Assembly (NCBI GenBank): GCA_000934665.2 | Contig: JYFJ02001649.1 | Location: forward strand, 1 to 64,000 | Reading direction: 5' to 3' | Origin: Catajapyx aquilonaris | Taxonomy: Eukaryota | Length of the DNA stretch: 64,000 nucleotides | Part shown: positions 36,101-46,832 of the stretch, piece after piece | Position numbering within the stretch: the first letter of the stretch is position 1 | How the letters are laid out: every line of letters starts with the position of its first letter | Notes under the pieces: generated by a model | Databases searched by the model: none | The model's input: the letters and a program-made list of their open reading frames with translations, nothing else | What the model was told of the DNA's origin: nothing | Program-made: the position numbers and the translations under genes

Positions 36101-38191
36101 ACATTAACATAAAGATGTTGTCTTCCAGTTTCTAATCTGAGAAAGTATCCTGCAGTTCTAATAGGCAGACCCAAAAACTTATTAAGAAAAAAAGGTCTGC
36201 ACCTTTTCTAGCTCGTCCAAGTGTGTAAGACCCCATATGGGAGAGAGGTATAAACATACCGGTAAGACCTGCGCATTAAATAGCTGCAAAGCTGTAGATA
36301 AGTATTTAACTTTTAATTTAACCATCGCATCGTTGGCAAAATAGCATTGGTAGAAACCATTCCTCTTGAAATGAAGTATTTTACAGTATTAGTAAATTTA
36401 GCGGAATTATAGAAGGGTACATAGAGATACTTGTAATTACAGTAAAACTTCTATAAGTCGAATCTCCATGGGACCGGGGGAAAACTTCGAGTTATAGAAG
36501 TTTGGATTTTTAAAAGCACATAACTCTATAAGGAAGACTACCTTTATATCCAGCGACGAAAGGTGTTCAAAACTTAAAAATTACTGTCACCATAACACTT
36601 ACAATGTTCCTGGTTGTTTTGTTGTGAAAGAAAACTCAGTTATGGACATTTGCCTACTCTTAGATTCAAGGATTCAATTGTCACAATCGAGTCAAACACT
36701 TCTTTCTGTACGTCTGGTAGACGGAGATCAGAAAATTGAGCCTTTCTGTACATGTGGCCTACTCTCGACCCTTAGGCTGGGAAATGAGAAAATTTTCCGT
36801 CCTGGGCAACATGATCTTCGACTTAGGGAGACTGAAAATGCATTGATATCCCATCGTAAGGCCCTGCCTGCACTTCGAGTTATGGAGAACTTCGAGTTAT
36901 AGAAATTCAAGTTAGGGAAGATTATTTCCTATTCTTTTACATTGTGACCAACCAAGCTCATCATTTTCTTCGACTTATAGAGAACTTCGACTTAGGGAAG
37001 TTCGACTTATAGAAGGAAAACTTCTATAAGTCGAAGTTCTCTATAAGTCGAAGAAAATGATGAGTTTGGTTGGTCACAATGTACCAAACTTCCCTAACTC
37101 GAAGTTCTCCATAACTCGAAGTGCAGGCAGGGCCTTACGATGGGATGTCAATGGATTTTCAGTCTCCCTAAGTCGGAGTTCATGTTGGCGAGTACGGAAA
37201 ATTTTCTCATTTCCCAGCCGAAGGGTCGACAGTAGGCCACATGTACAGAAAGACTCGATTTCCTGATCTCCGTCTACCAGACGTACAGAAAGAAGTGTTT
37301 GACTCGATTGTGACAATTGAAGCCTTGAATCTAAGAGTAGGCAAATGTCCATAACAGATTTTTTTTTACAACAAAACAACGAGGAACATTGTAAGTGTGA
37401 TAGTGATAGTTATTTTTAAGTTATGAACACCTTTCGCCGCTGGATATGAAGGTAGTTATGTGCTTTAAAAAATCCAAACTTCTCTAACTCGAATCTTCTA
37501 TAACTCGAAGTTTTTTCCCGATCCCATGGAGATTCGCTTTATAGAAGTTTTACTGTAATATATTTCAGGTCTGCCACGAAAAGATTGAAAAGAACTGGAC
37601 TTAGGGCCGGTTTCACCGAGCTCAGTATATGATAAAACCAGGGTATTTCTCAAAATCCCTATCTATTTGTATGGATTTTCCTAAAGAAACCTGGTTTTAT
37701 CATATACCAAGCTCGGTGAAACCGGCCCTTAGAGATTCTCCTTGTAGTACGCCAGTTTTTATAGGAATTGACTCGTCGTAGTTTTCCACAGAAATAGCCG
37801 CTTGTCCATATAGTGATTTGATTTGATTTATTTTTAATTATTATTTCCAATCCCAAGAATATTAAATTTTTTAAATAGTAAGGGGTGGTTCACCGAATCC
37901 AAAGCTTTTGAGAGATCTAACAATAAGGTATATAGTTTTCCAGATTTTTTTGATGTGTACTTTTGAGCAAGAATTGTTAGAGTGAAGGTCATGTCACTGC
38001 AGCTTTTCCCAAATCTAACTGTTATTCCTAGTTGAATTTATGACTCACCCGATAGTGTATGCCACGATGGTAAACTGCACGGCCATTTTTATGACGCCAA
38101 TCTTGGTGCTCTTGATGTGCATGACCCTCGGTGTCACATAGTCAAAAAAGCCCAAGCCTGACATGACCACACTGGCTATGCGGCCCTTCAT
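33138..38191 (-). CDS. P2X purinoceptor (ATP-gated ion channel), copy A, about 440 aa
   Basis: Exons 38191-38049, 35066-34814, 34749-34333, 34169-33894, 33619-33521, 33272-33138; 1323 nt in frame. Motifs DYVTPR, VVTKVKG, RVWDVADFVIPP, QTQGTCPE, CEVHAWCPVE, YCPIFKLG, GFNFRYA, RTLHKVFGIR, LCD, FYRKHK. The start could instead be the Met at 38164. Confidence 0.93.
35744..35893. mobile_element. PIF/Harbinger MITE, TAA TSD
   Basis: taa|tGCCGGGTTGCACCGGCTCCCGGAAAAT ... ATTTTCCGGGAGCCGGTGCAACCCGGCc|taa. Confidence 0.8.
36440..37555. mobile_element. Inverted (tail-to-tail) dimer of the 570-bp pogo-like MITE, forming a 1.1-kb palindrome
   Basis: Copy 1 at about 36440-37014 in the same orientation as 19182-19751; copy 2 at about 37016-37555 reversed. 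Outer ends ta|CAGTAAAAC and GTTTTACTG|ta. Confidence 0.85.
37604..37728. mobile_element. PIF/Harbinger MITE, TTA TSD
   Basis: tta|GGGCCGGTTTCACCGAGCT ... AGCTCGGTGAAACCGGCCC|tta. Confidence 0.85.
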
Positions 38192-38570
38192 ACTTACACG
38201 CTTGCAGGTAACCTCCGCTGTTATGAAGCTAGTGGTTGGCGTGCACACCCATACAACCAGACCTCCGGTTTTTAACTACTTATTGTTCTACTCCATAAAA
38301 AAATACATGTATCCACACGTCGTCACGCACACGTCCGTTTGAAATTGCGCGATCGGGATAGTATCGATCAGTTCATGATTACAACTGGTGCTAGCTGCTA
38401 CTGGTGGTGGTAAGCAGCTACTTCAGCTACAATAGTGGCTACTTCCTTTGGCTACTTCAGCTACAATACTCCTTAATAGTGAGTCGATACTGACCTACTT
38501 GCCATTTTCGCTCCCTTTTCGCTCGTGGTCTGTGTTGCTGCTCTAGTGTGGTCAAATACTAGGAGAGGCC

Positions 38571-39011
38571 ATGGCGCAGGGGAAGCTGAAGGTGAAGGGG
38601 AAGGTCCCGGCCAGCCAGAAGGGCAAGAAGAAGGCGGGAAGAGGGGGCAGCGGGAAGAAGGGAGGGGGAGGAAGGGTGCAGAAGAAGAGACCCAGTGAGT
38701 ACCCCATTTGGTGTGGGTGCACCCAGCAGGGTTGAGCCAGCCCTGTCATTACCATTGCTTGTTCCTCCCGTTCAGATGCCCCGGTGGCTCCCAAGAAGTC
38801 CAAGATGGCAGAGAGGAGCAAGCTGAAGATGGCCGTCACAAAGGAGATCAACGTCAACATCGAGCAGACCCTCAGGGCCAGGGCAACGGGCAGCGGGAAG
38901 CCCCTGGCCATACTCAAGGACTCTGACGCCGCAGCCGCAGCCTCCACGTCCTCCTTTGCCACTGCAGCGCCAAGCAAGAAGAGGGGCAGGAAGGGAGGGA
39001 AGAAAAAGTGA
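38571..39011 (+). CDS. C19orf53: UPF0390 / Leydig cell tumor 10 kDa protein homolog (C19orf53-like), copy 1, 119 aa
   Basis: Exons 38571-38694 and 38776-39011. MAQGKLKVK...VAPKKSKMAERSKLKMAVTKEINVNIEQTLRARA...KPLAILK matches the family pattern. Confidence 0.82.
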
Positions 39012-40304
39012 TCTGAACAAGCCATCGTTTGCCACAACTTGTTTTATATCGTGTCTCAATGTAAGTTAATACTCTGTATCTGATCACTGTTACCACCAAC
39101 AGAGCCAGTGGATGTTGCCTCCACACAAATGTTAATCCACCTGACGATGGATGAATAGTTACACAGCTTTTCAAAGCCAACAGGGATGGACAGATCATCA
39201 CCAAAAAATCAAAATGTTAAACTATTTTTATCAATAATTGTGAACAAAGTTGTAGTTTTGTTTTTTAAATGTGCAATGCCCAAAACTACTGCAACTGCTC
39301 TACCACAGGGTTACAAGATGCACATTATTATTGTGCACTTCAATACTTTTTTAATAATGCTGCTTTTAAAGCCATATTGCGTTAATGCCCTTGTCGCCGC
39401 CGCCGCCTTCTGCTACAAATATTTGCCAATTCTTTGTGAAACCACTTTGATAGTTGGATTATATTAAGAACAAATACAAGTCCATGCTCAGCTGACGCAG
39501 CGATTCATATAATTATAGGTATAATTTTTTTGCAATCAACAGAGCAAGAAATATCTCATATTACCAGGCCATTTTAATGTACTTGTTACATGCCCATGGC
39601 ATTAATCCAGTACCAGTTTCAAGTAAACCGTAGGTAATTGGGGCATTACGTCACCAACTTCACTGATACATTAAAATAAGTAACAGCAAATTTGTTCTGT
39701 TTCTCATTGAAATTCTGCTTCTCATTTGTGCATCACTGGAGGCTATTGAAGCTGACATGATGTTGTAAAGCAAAGTTAAATTTGAGGATGCATATGAGAT
39801 CTAATTATGCATCATGAAGATTGGCAACTCCATTGTGGTCGCAAGTTTAAAATGTTGCCTAAAACATTAAAATGAAAAAAATGCAATAATGCCCTGTGAC
39901 AATCAAACGAGCTTAATGTGAAGTGGTAACGTAAGAAATACTTGTGTTCCAGTGAGAAGAGGTAACTACAATTATCATAAAGAGCAACATCAGGAGTCAG
40001 TAAATAAAGACACCAGTTTGCAAACATAAACATTTGTTACTGATTAAGCCTGTTACAATTGACATCTTATGAATAATAATATGATGTTGGGACTAGCCTG
40101 TGACAATAAATATTATGATACTTACAAGACAGATCTTAACCTGAGGCCAATCCTTCTGTCAGATCATGAAATGGCGACATTTACATAGGATCGTAGCTGC
40201 CATGTTATTGAGCTAGGCAGAACAAGGTCTTGACCAGAGTTGTTCCCTCATTCTAGCGTTCATTCTAACGCATTTGATTCCCAGTAATTCATGCCAGCCT
40301 CAGT

Positions 40305-43125
40305 TCAAGGTGTTGAGTTCTGAGAGTTCACATGGGCTCTCTCGTTTCCAGTTTCAATCTCTGTCGAGGTCTGCAAGAAAGATTGTAAAGGTCAGTTCCT
40401 GGTACTATCAGTCCACCAAGAATTGTCGTAGCGGCAGCGCACGAACTACACTCTACGAGCACTTCTCCATTGACTTCTCCCCCCCGGACGTGCTCGTAAC
40501 TGTAGTTCGTGCGCTGCCGCTACGACAATTCTTGGTGGACTGATAGGACATGGAATATGCAGAGGCATTTTCTTATAATTATGTCGCTGGAATCCACATT
40601 TGACTCAGAGAGACAGAGTTGGCCAGAAAAAGTTACCGACACCTACATCTCCTTGAAACACTGTATGCCTTGCTACTCTGTGTGCTATGTGGAATTGATT
40701 ATTTTGTGCCATCCTGACGACCACGCTGTCAACATTTAAGCAACTGCGTAGACATGATGCAGAGCACACCAAAATCTACTTCAGAATTTGCTTCTCAAGA
40801 GTTCCACGTATGAATGACACTACTGCTCCAAGGCGACGTAATCTTCTAGTCACCTTGCGGATGCATTACCTGATCTAACGTATCACTGTTTTGAAGCATG
40901 AGGTATTTGTGCTTGCGGTAGTATGGGCTGTCCTTCAGCAGGTGCAGGATGACCATATCACACAAAACACTTGTCTGGAAAAGAAAGAAGCCACAGATAT
41001 GTACAGTACAGTACAACAGCTTGATGCATCCTCATGCAGTGCATCACCCTGTGTAGGCTTTGCACTTACCAGTCCTAATAGTGCAATGCTGGATCCAATG
41101 TTGAGCAGCATAGTTGCGATACAGAACTTGCCTCCAGTTCCTTGAACATTGATTGCCAGCTTGATTCCAATCACTTTGTGCAGTGTTCGACGATGTACCT
41201 CATGATAATCAGCATACCTAAAATTGAAACCTGGAGATGGGGTCGAGGCTGGTTTATCCAGGCGGCTGAAAGTGTACTTTGGCAGGCAGTACTTCTGCAT
41301 GTCCCAGTCCAAGTTACAGTCCCATGTGATTGTCAGCGAAATCAGTGCACCCTGAAATAGTCATGCGGAATAGTCATTATTATCAATCGTTAGTTGGTCC
41401 AGCACCCTGTGCATGCGAGCCAAACAGTAGAAAATTGTTTTACAACATGAACCAGTCACAAGACGGAATTGGTCTTGCAACTGTCTCGTGCTCTTTGAGA
41501 AGAAAGCATGTCATGACAACGTACATGTAAGGCAATTTCTGAGTAATCCTCTTCTGCAGCAGATATAATGTCACCTAGTTTGAACACTGGGCAGTATGGG
41601 TGATCTTGTGGGTGGTACCTGCACGTTTGAAGGTATCTTTTGTCATTGCTATTTAAAGTGTTTTGATGCTTATAGGATGGGCCAAATACGGGGAAGAAAA
41701 TATTGTTTTTGATCATAAGGGTGAATTCCGTAGTTTCTTCTAGTATGGCGTAATTACTGATTGTTGGAAAGGGACTCTCCACAGGACACCATGCATGGAT
41801 CTCACATACATGAACCGAGGTGTTATGTGAACTGAGAATGCAGCGTCCAGTTGCCACCCCATTGCCAACCATGAATGGAGTGCCCTTCACACAGGTGTTA
41901 TTCTTAGGATCACATATTGCGCCAGGGGTATCTACAGCCTGAGTTTGACCAGAAAGTAAAACAAAGAAACTGTTGTCATTACTATGAAAGATCATAAACG
42001 AATACATCAAACTCTGGCTCACTTCATCACAAGTGCCTTGCGTCTGATTGGGTGTTATCATCTGGCTGGTCATGATGAAGACGGCTCCATGTTCTGCAGG
42101 TGGGATGACATAGTCTGCAACATCCCAAATACGATGATAGAGATGGTCAGATTTCCTGTGTTCATGTTTGTGAGTTCTTGCAAAAGGCTTGCTGTAGCTC
42201 ACGCCTTTCACTTTGGTCACCACCACACTTTCCACGCCTCCAAACTTCTGGTAGCCTTTCTGCCAAATCATCACATACCTGAGAAGAAAGATTGCTTCAT
42301 TACAACTGAATGAACTCGTGTGTTCCAAGAAGTTGTTTGTCATTGAATGTCTTTAAGAAATGCTATATTTGGAAGCTTTATCTTGCAGCACCCACACCTT
42401 GGCATTGAAAAATATGGCTAGTCGGCCTGATAGCAAATTGAGCAATGAAACGACATAACTGACAGGTATGCATGGGAAATGAAAATTCACTACATAAGTT
42501 GGTATGTTGGCAATGTTACGCAACAAAGCCATAAATATTTCACTAAACCGCTTGCTTATATTACGGGAGGCATCTCGTCAGGCCCTCCCAGCTGAGAGCA
42601 AATCTGAAACATTTGTTTTTCCTCACCCGCGGACATGTTATATGCTTACTCCTACACCTGCCAGTTTTTTGAGCCCACTTTGTAAACCATTTCAAGTTTC
42701 TTGCTACATCCACAGCATTGGCCAAAAAAACCACAAATGTTTACAATACAAACTGGGGGAAATATACAGCTCCAGAAATAACCAGCCCGGCACAGCAGAA
42801 GCAGCGGTACAGAGGTGAAGAATTAATTCTGCACTAATTATAATAAGTGACCATGAAGGAGCAAATCACATTTAATTTTAATTGGAGACACCACAGCTGA
42901 CCAGTGCATATGCTCCTCATCATTGAGTGGATATGAAGCCGTGCCGGATACTCACACAATAATGTAGGTGATAATGGAGAGCTGCACCAGCCGACCCAGT
43001 ACTCCTACTTTGGTGCTCTGGATGTGCATCTCCCGCGGTGTCTCATACTGGCAGAACTGCGCATAAAAGAATTCAGCCACACTCTTCTTGATGGCCGACA
43101 GACGGTCACCAGAGGAGCTCCTCAT
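40305..43125 (-). CDS. P2X purinoceptor, copy B, about 430 aa
   Basis: Exons 43125-42956, 42278-42023, 41938-41525, 41351-41070, 40974-40870, 40370-40305; 1293 nt in frame, same intron positions as copy A. Motifs QYETPR, VVTKVKG, RIWDVADYVIPP, CEIHAWCPVE, GFNFRYA, RTLHKVIGIK, LCD, YYRKHKY. Confidence 0.93.
40405..40546. mobile_element. Hairpin MITE, about 46-bp perfect TIRs
   Basis: CTATCAGTCCACCAAGAATTGTCGTAGCGGCAGCGCACGAACTACA ... TGTAGTTCGTGCGCTGCCGCTACGACAATTCTTGGTGGACTGATAG. Confidence 0.8.
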
Positions 43126-43332
43126 CCTTGACAACCAAGGTATAATGGCACGGTCCACGTCACCGGATGACACGCAGGCAGCCTAACCCAGACAGAGCGC
43201 AGCAGGATGCTGTTTGAATGAAGCTGGGCTTATACCATCGGGATGGAAGCTACTGCCATCATTAACTAATGTAGATAGCCGCTATCCTGCTTTCGATGGA
43301 ATTGCTGCGCTGTTTTCGACTCCATGGCGCTC

Positions 43333-43340
43333 TATCGATA
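43333..43340. promoter_or_regulatory. DRE motif (TATCGATA) in the short divergent promoter between P2X-B and C19orf53 copy 2
   Basis: Exact palindromic DRE within the roughly 340 bp between the two ATGs. A near-match TATCGATC lies at about 38363 in the copy-1 promoter. Confidence 0.45.
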
Positions 43341-43461
43341 CTGACCCTTCGTTTTCCTGTGATACTTTTGAGGGAAGCTTCGTTTGTGGCGCGCCCCGAA
43401 CCCACAGGTACAGCCAAGGTACAGCGATCGACGTTGGTTTGCAGGCCGATTTGGTGGAAGG

Positions 43462-43896
43462 ATGGCGCAGGGGAAGCTGAAGGTGAAGGGGAAGGTCCCG
43501 GCTAGCCAGAAGGGCAAGAAGAAGGCGGGAAGAGGGGGCAGCGGGAAGAAGGGAGGGGGAGGAAGGGTGCAGAAGAAGAGACCCAGTGAGTACCCCATTT
43601 GGTGCACCCAGCAGGGTTGAGCCAGCCCTGTCATTACCATTGCTTGTTCCTCCCGTTCAGATGCCCCGGTGGCTCCCAAGAAGTCCAAGATGGCAGAGAG
43701 GAGCAAGCTGAAGATGGCCGTCACAAAGGAGATCAACGTCAACATCGAGCAGACCCTCAGGGCCAGGGCAGCGGGCAGCGGGAAGCCCCTGGCCATACTC
43801 AAGGACTCTGACGCCGCAGCCGCAGCCTCCACGTCCTCCTTTGCCACTGCAGCGCCAAGCAAGAAGAGGGGCAGGAAGGGAGGGAAGAAAAAGTGA
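43462..43896 (+). CDS. C19orf53: UPF0390 / C19orf53-like, copy 2, 119 aa
   Basis: Exons 43462-43585 and 43661-43896; nearly identical to copy 1. Confidence 0.82.
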
Positions 43897-44462
43897 TCTG
43901 AACAAGCGCTGTTTTCTGATAAGTGTAGGTGGTTACAGGCTTGTAAAATAGTTACAACCAATTAATTGTTTTATGTAATTTTTCACTTAACCCATGGGGC
44001 CAGGAGTATTTTGGATTGTCACTTTTTAATAGGGGAAAGCACTAGGCTTCACGTAACAGCTAGCGAATTGCACACTATTGACCATGAAAGAGCCATTTTC
44101 ATCTTTCTTGGAGAACTACACAAACGTTCAAAGTCATGTTTTTGACAATGTGTACCTATGGTACAGGTTAAATCAATTGGTGAAGATCTTACATGGGCCT
44201 GCCTTGTTTCAGTACTTTTATTCCACCACGGAGGTCTTACTTCCCTTTTTTTACTGAAGGGAATGTTTTTGGTCTTATTGATTGTAGATGGACAAGAATT
44301 GGCACAAAAAAAATGTATATAAAAAGTATAACCTGAGCTTGCGTGACCGGATCTTGTGGTACCGGTACTCATTTATGTATACCATATCGTATTTTAGGGC
44401 CTGTAAATAATACTGAACACCTGCTCCAAAAGCATTTTCAAACAGACTAAGCAAGCAAAGGT

Positions 44463-44775
44463 CCTATTGGCGGCCCACCCTTACTTCGCCCTTGCGTCAT
44501 CCTTTTGTTTACCGACTCCTAGTGAACAGAAATATGCCAAACGCACCCCTGGAACCTCCCACTTTTCAAGTTTCCCTGGAAATGCCCTCACACAGTAATA
44601 GGAGTAAACATGGATCTATTGTTGTCGATGTTTACTCCTGTTGTTGTGTGAGGGCACTTCCATGGAAACAGGAAGAGTGGGAGGTTCCAGGGGTGCGTTT
44701 GGCAGATTTCTGTTGACTAAGAGTTTGTAAACAAAAGGATGACATCAGGTCAAAGTAAGGGTGGCCGCCAATAGG
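44463..44775. mobile_element. MITE with long (about 100-bp) imperfect TIRs
   Basis: CCTATTGGCGGCCCACCCTTACTT...AAACGCACCCCTGGAACCTCCCACT mirrored by AGTGGGAGGTTCCAGGGGTGCGTTT...AAGTAAGGGTGGCCGCCAATAGG. Confidence 0.75.
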
Positions 44776-45331
44776 TTACCTGCCAGCACCATTTGCTCAG
44801 ATTGATGTCCCTGGAGAACACTGGGAATGAGCCATGCACCTCGTTTTCTTTCCTACTTCATCCTGGATCATTCAGTATGAAGAAATGCAATCAAAAACAC
44901 TTAATTTTTTTAAAAAGTAAAATGCTCAAAATGTCCACAGCACATCAGTACAGGATGAAAGCTGTTGGGGGTGGGAAGCAGACGGTTGCTCTCAATGCTA
45001 GTGGTTGCCCATTGTTGCATTGCTCAGGTTTGGTATAGTTTTGTGTACCACATTGATGGAGCCAAACGAGACTGCATTATGACTACTCTGTCCCAAATGA
45101 GAAGGTGCCTGCCAACATGTTTGAGGGGTTATACTTTGCTCTCTCTTCCCCTACTTTGTCTCACATGATCAGAAGTTATTGTGACAAGAGCAGTGTATGC
45201 TTGTAATTGTCATTGTTGGAATGTGCAAGGTCATTTTATGAACCACTGCTCAATGTATGAATTTTAAAAATATACACTGTTGTGCACTGGCACCTGGCGA
45301 TTTGGTGCAAGTTTCTCTTCACCCTGTATAC

Positions 45332-45505
45332 GGGGGCGACATGGTGGTGTAGTGGTTAACAGCACAGCCTTCCACCTCTAAGGTCCTGAGTTCGATCCCT
45401 GGGTCGGACAGAGGACACTTACGTGGAAGAGTTTGATGGGTTCTCGCTGTGTTTGCGTGGATTTTCTCGGGGTTCTCCCATTTCCTCCAACTACCAAAAA
45501 CCCCT
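45332..45505 (+). mobile_element. tRNA-derived SINE with V-domain-like core
   Basis: A box TGGTGTAGTGG and B box GAGTTCGATCCC, then GTGGAAGAGTTTGATGGGTTCTCGCTGTGTTTGCGTGGATTTTCTCGGGGTTCTCCCATTTCCTCC, which resembles the V-SINE core. Confidence 0.7.
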
Positions 45506-45563
45506 CACATGAATGCCAGATAGCCTTAGTTGCTTTGGCACAACCAACAAACCAACCTGATCA

Positions 45564-45649
45564 CATATCGTCGGTGATCATGCAAAATCTCGTATCTTCC
45601 ATTGGTTTTTGCAGGAGATACGAGGTTTTGCATGATCACCGACGATATG
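45564..45649. repeat. Short hairpin (MITE-like)
   Basis: CATATCGTCGGTGATCATGCAAAATCTCGTATCT ... AGATACGAGGTTTTGCATGATCACCGACGATATG. Confidence 0.7.
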
Positions 45650-45925
45650 CAATGTGCCACAATCTGGCTGCAACAAGGCACATCTATGGAATAACTTGAT
45701 TGAATGCATAGGCCATTTGGAAATTCATCCTCATTCTATTACGTTAGAACAGTTAATAAAATCTATTGGGGATTGCTGCCGTACCTGATGAGTTTCTGCT
45801 TCTTCTTGATGTTTACAGGCACAACTTTTTTTTAAATTCAACAGTTGTTTTAGTAACCCTACCTATGTACGAATAACTGACCCAACATTGATTCCCTTTG
45901 GACTTGACATAATGTACCATTTATA

Positions 45926-46486
45926 CAGGGTGTTCCCTGTAATTTGGGACAGACTTCTAGGGGTAATAGAGGGGACCAAGACAAGTATTTTTGACATAGG
46001 AGCCCGTGTCCGGAAATGCCATCTAGAGGGGGTTGATAGCCAAGGAACGGGTGCGCTCAGTCGTGTCTCGCGGGGGGTCCTAGGCGAGCAGACGGTTTTG
46101 TTGATAGGTGGCGCGCAGTTTTTGCCAGGTATGGTGTATTGCGTTGTTGTTTACTTAGAACGGCGCAATACGCCATAACCTGGCAATAACAGAACTGATG
46201 TTTACTATCCACGTGTCTCCTAGGTGGCGGACTTTAGTTGCTAGATGGCTCTGTTGTTGCCAGGTTATGGCATATCGCATCGGTGTTAACTATCCGAGCA
46301 CCATCTATCAACAAAACAGTCCGCTCGCCTAGCGCCTCCTGCGTGACGCGTCTGTGTGCACCTGTTCCTTGTCTATGAACCCCCTCTGGATGGCATTTCC
46401 GGACATAGGTTCCTACATCAAAAATTCTTGTCTTGGTCCCCTCTATTACCCCTAGAAGTCTGTCCCAAATTACAGGGAACATCCTG
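45926..46486. mobile_element. Mariner-type MITE with long inverted arms, TA TSD
   Basis: ta|CAGGGTGTTCCCTGTAATTTGGGACAGACTTCTAGGGGTAATAGAGGGGACCAAGACAAG ... mirrored, ending CAGGGAACATCCTG|ta. Confidence 0.85.
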
Positions 46487-46832
46487 TATAGAAATATTAA
46501 TGAACACTCTAATGCAGGAAAATTTGATGATTCAGGTGCCTGTATGACAAAACAACCTCATCTCCCATTTTGCAATAACACGGCAATTTCAGAAAATTCA
46601 TTTGCGTAGAAATGTGTCGTACATGAGAGTAAATTTTAGACTGTGGTATGGTAAATGTACTGCCTGTATGCCTAGAATTTTGGTTGGGATTAGATTGCCT
46701 AACAAACAAGTGTTCATACTCGAGGGAACTTGTTCTCCTGCCTCTTATCATCTGTAAATAGTGCGTATAGTGTGCAATTAAAAAAGTTACATTGACGTGT
46801 AAAAAAGCAACTTTATTCTCACAGGAGTAAAC

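Noticed and set aside
36624..37379. Repeated ORFs MDICLLLDSR...RKALPALRV at 19.5, 36.6 and 37.1 kb
   Set aside because: They come from copies of the same non-coding MITE and show no transposase motifs.
38552..43961. Minus-strand hydrophobic ORFs at 38552-39037 and 43332-43961
   Set aside because: Antisense shadows of the Lys-rich C19orf53-like genes.
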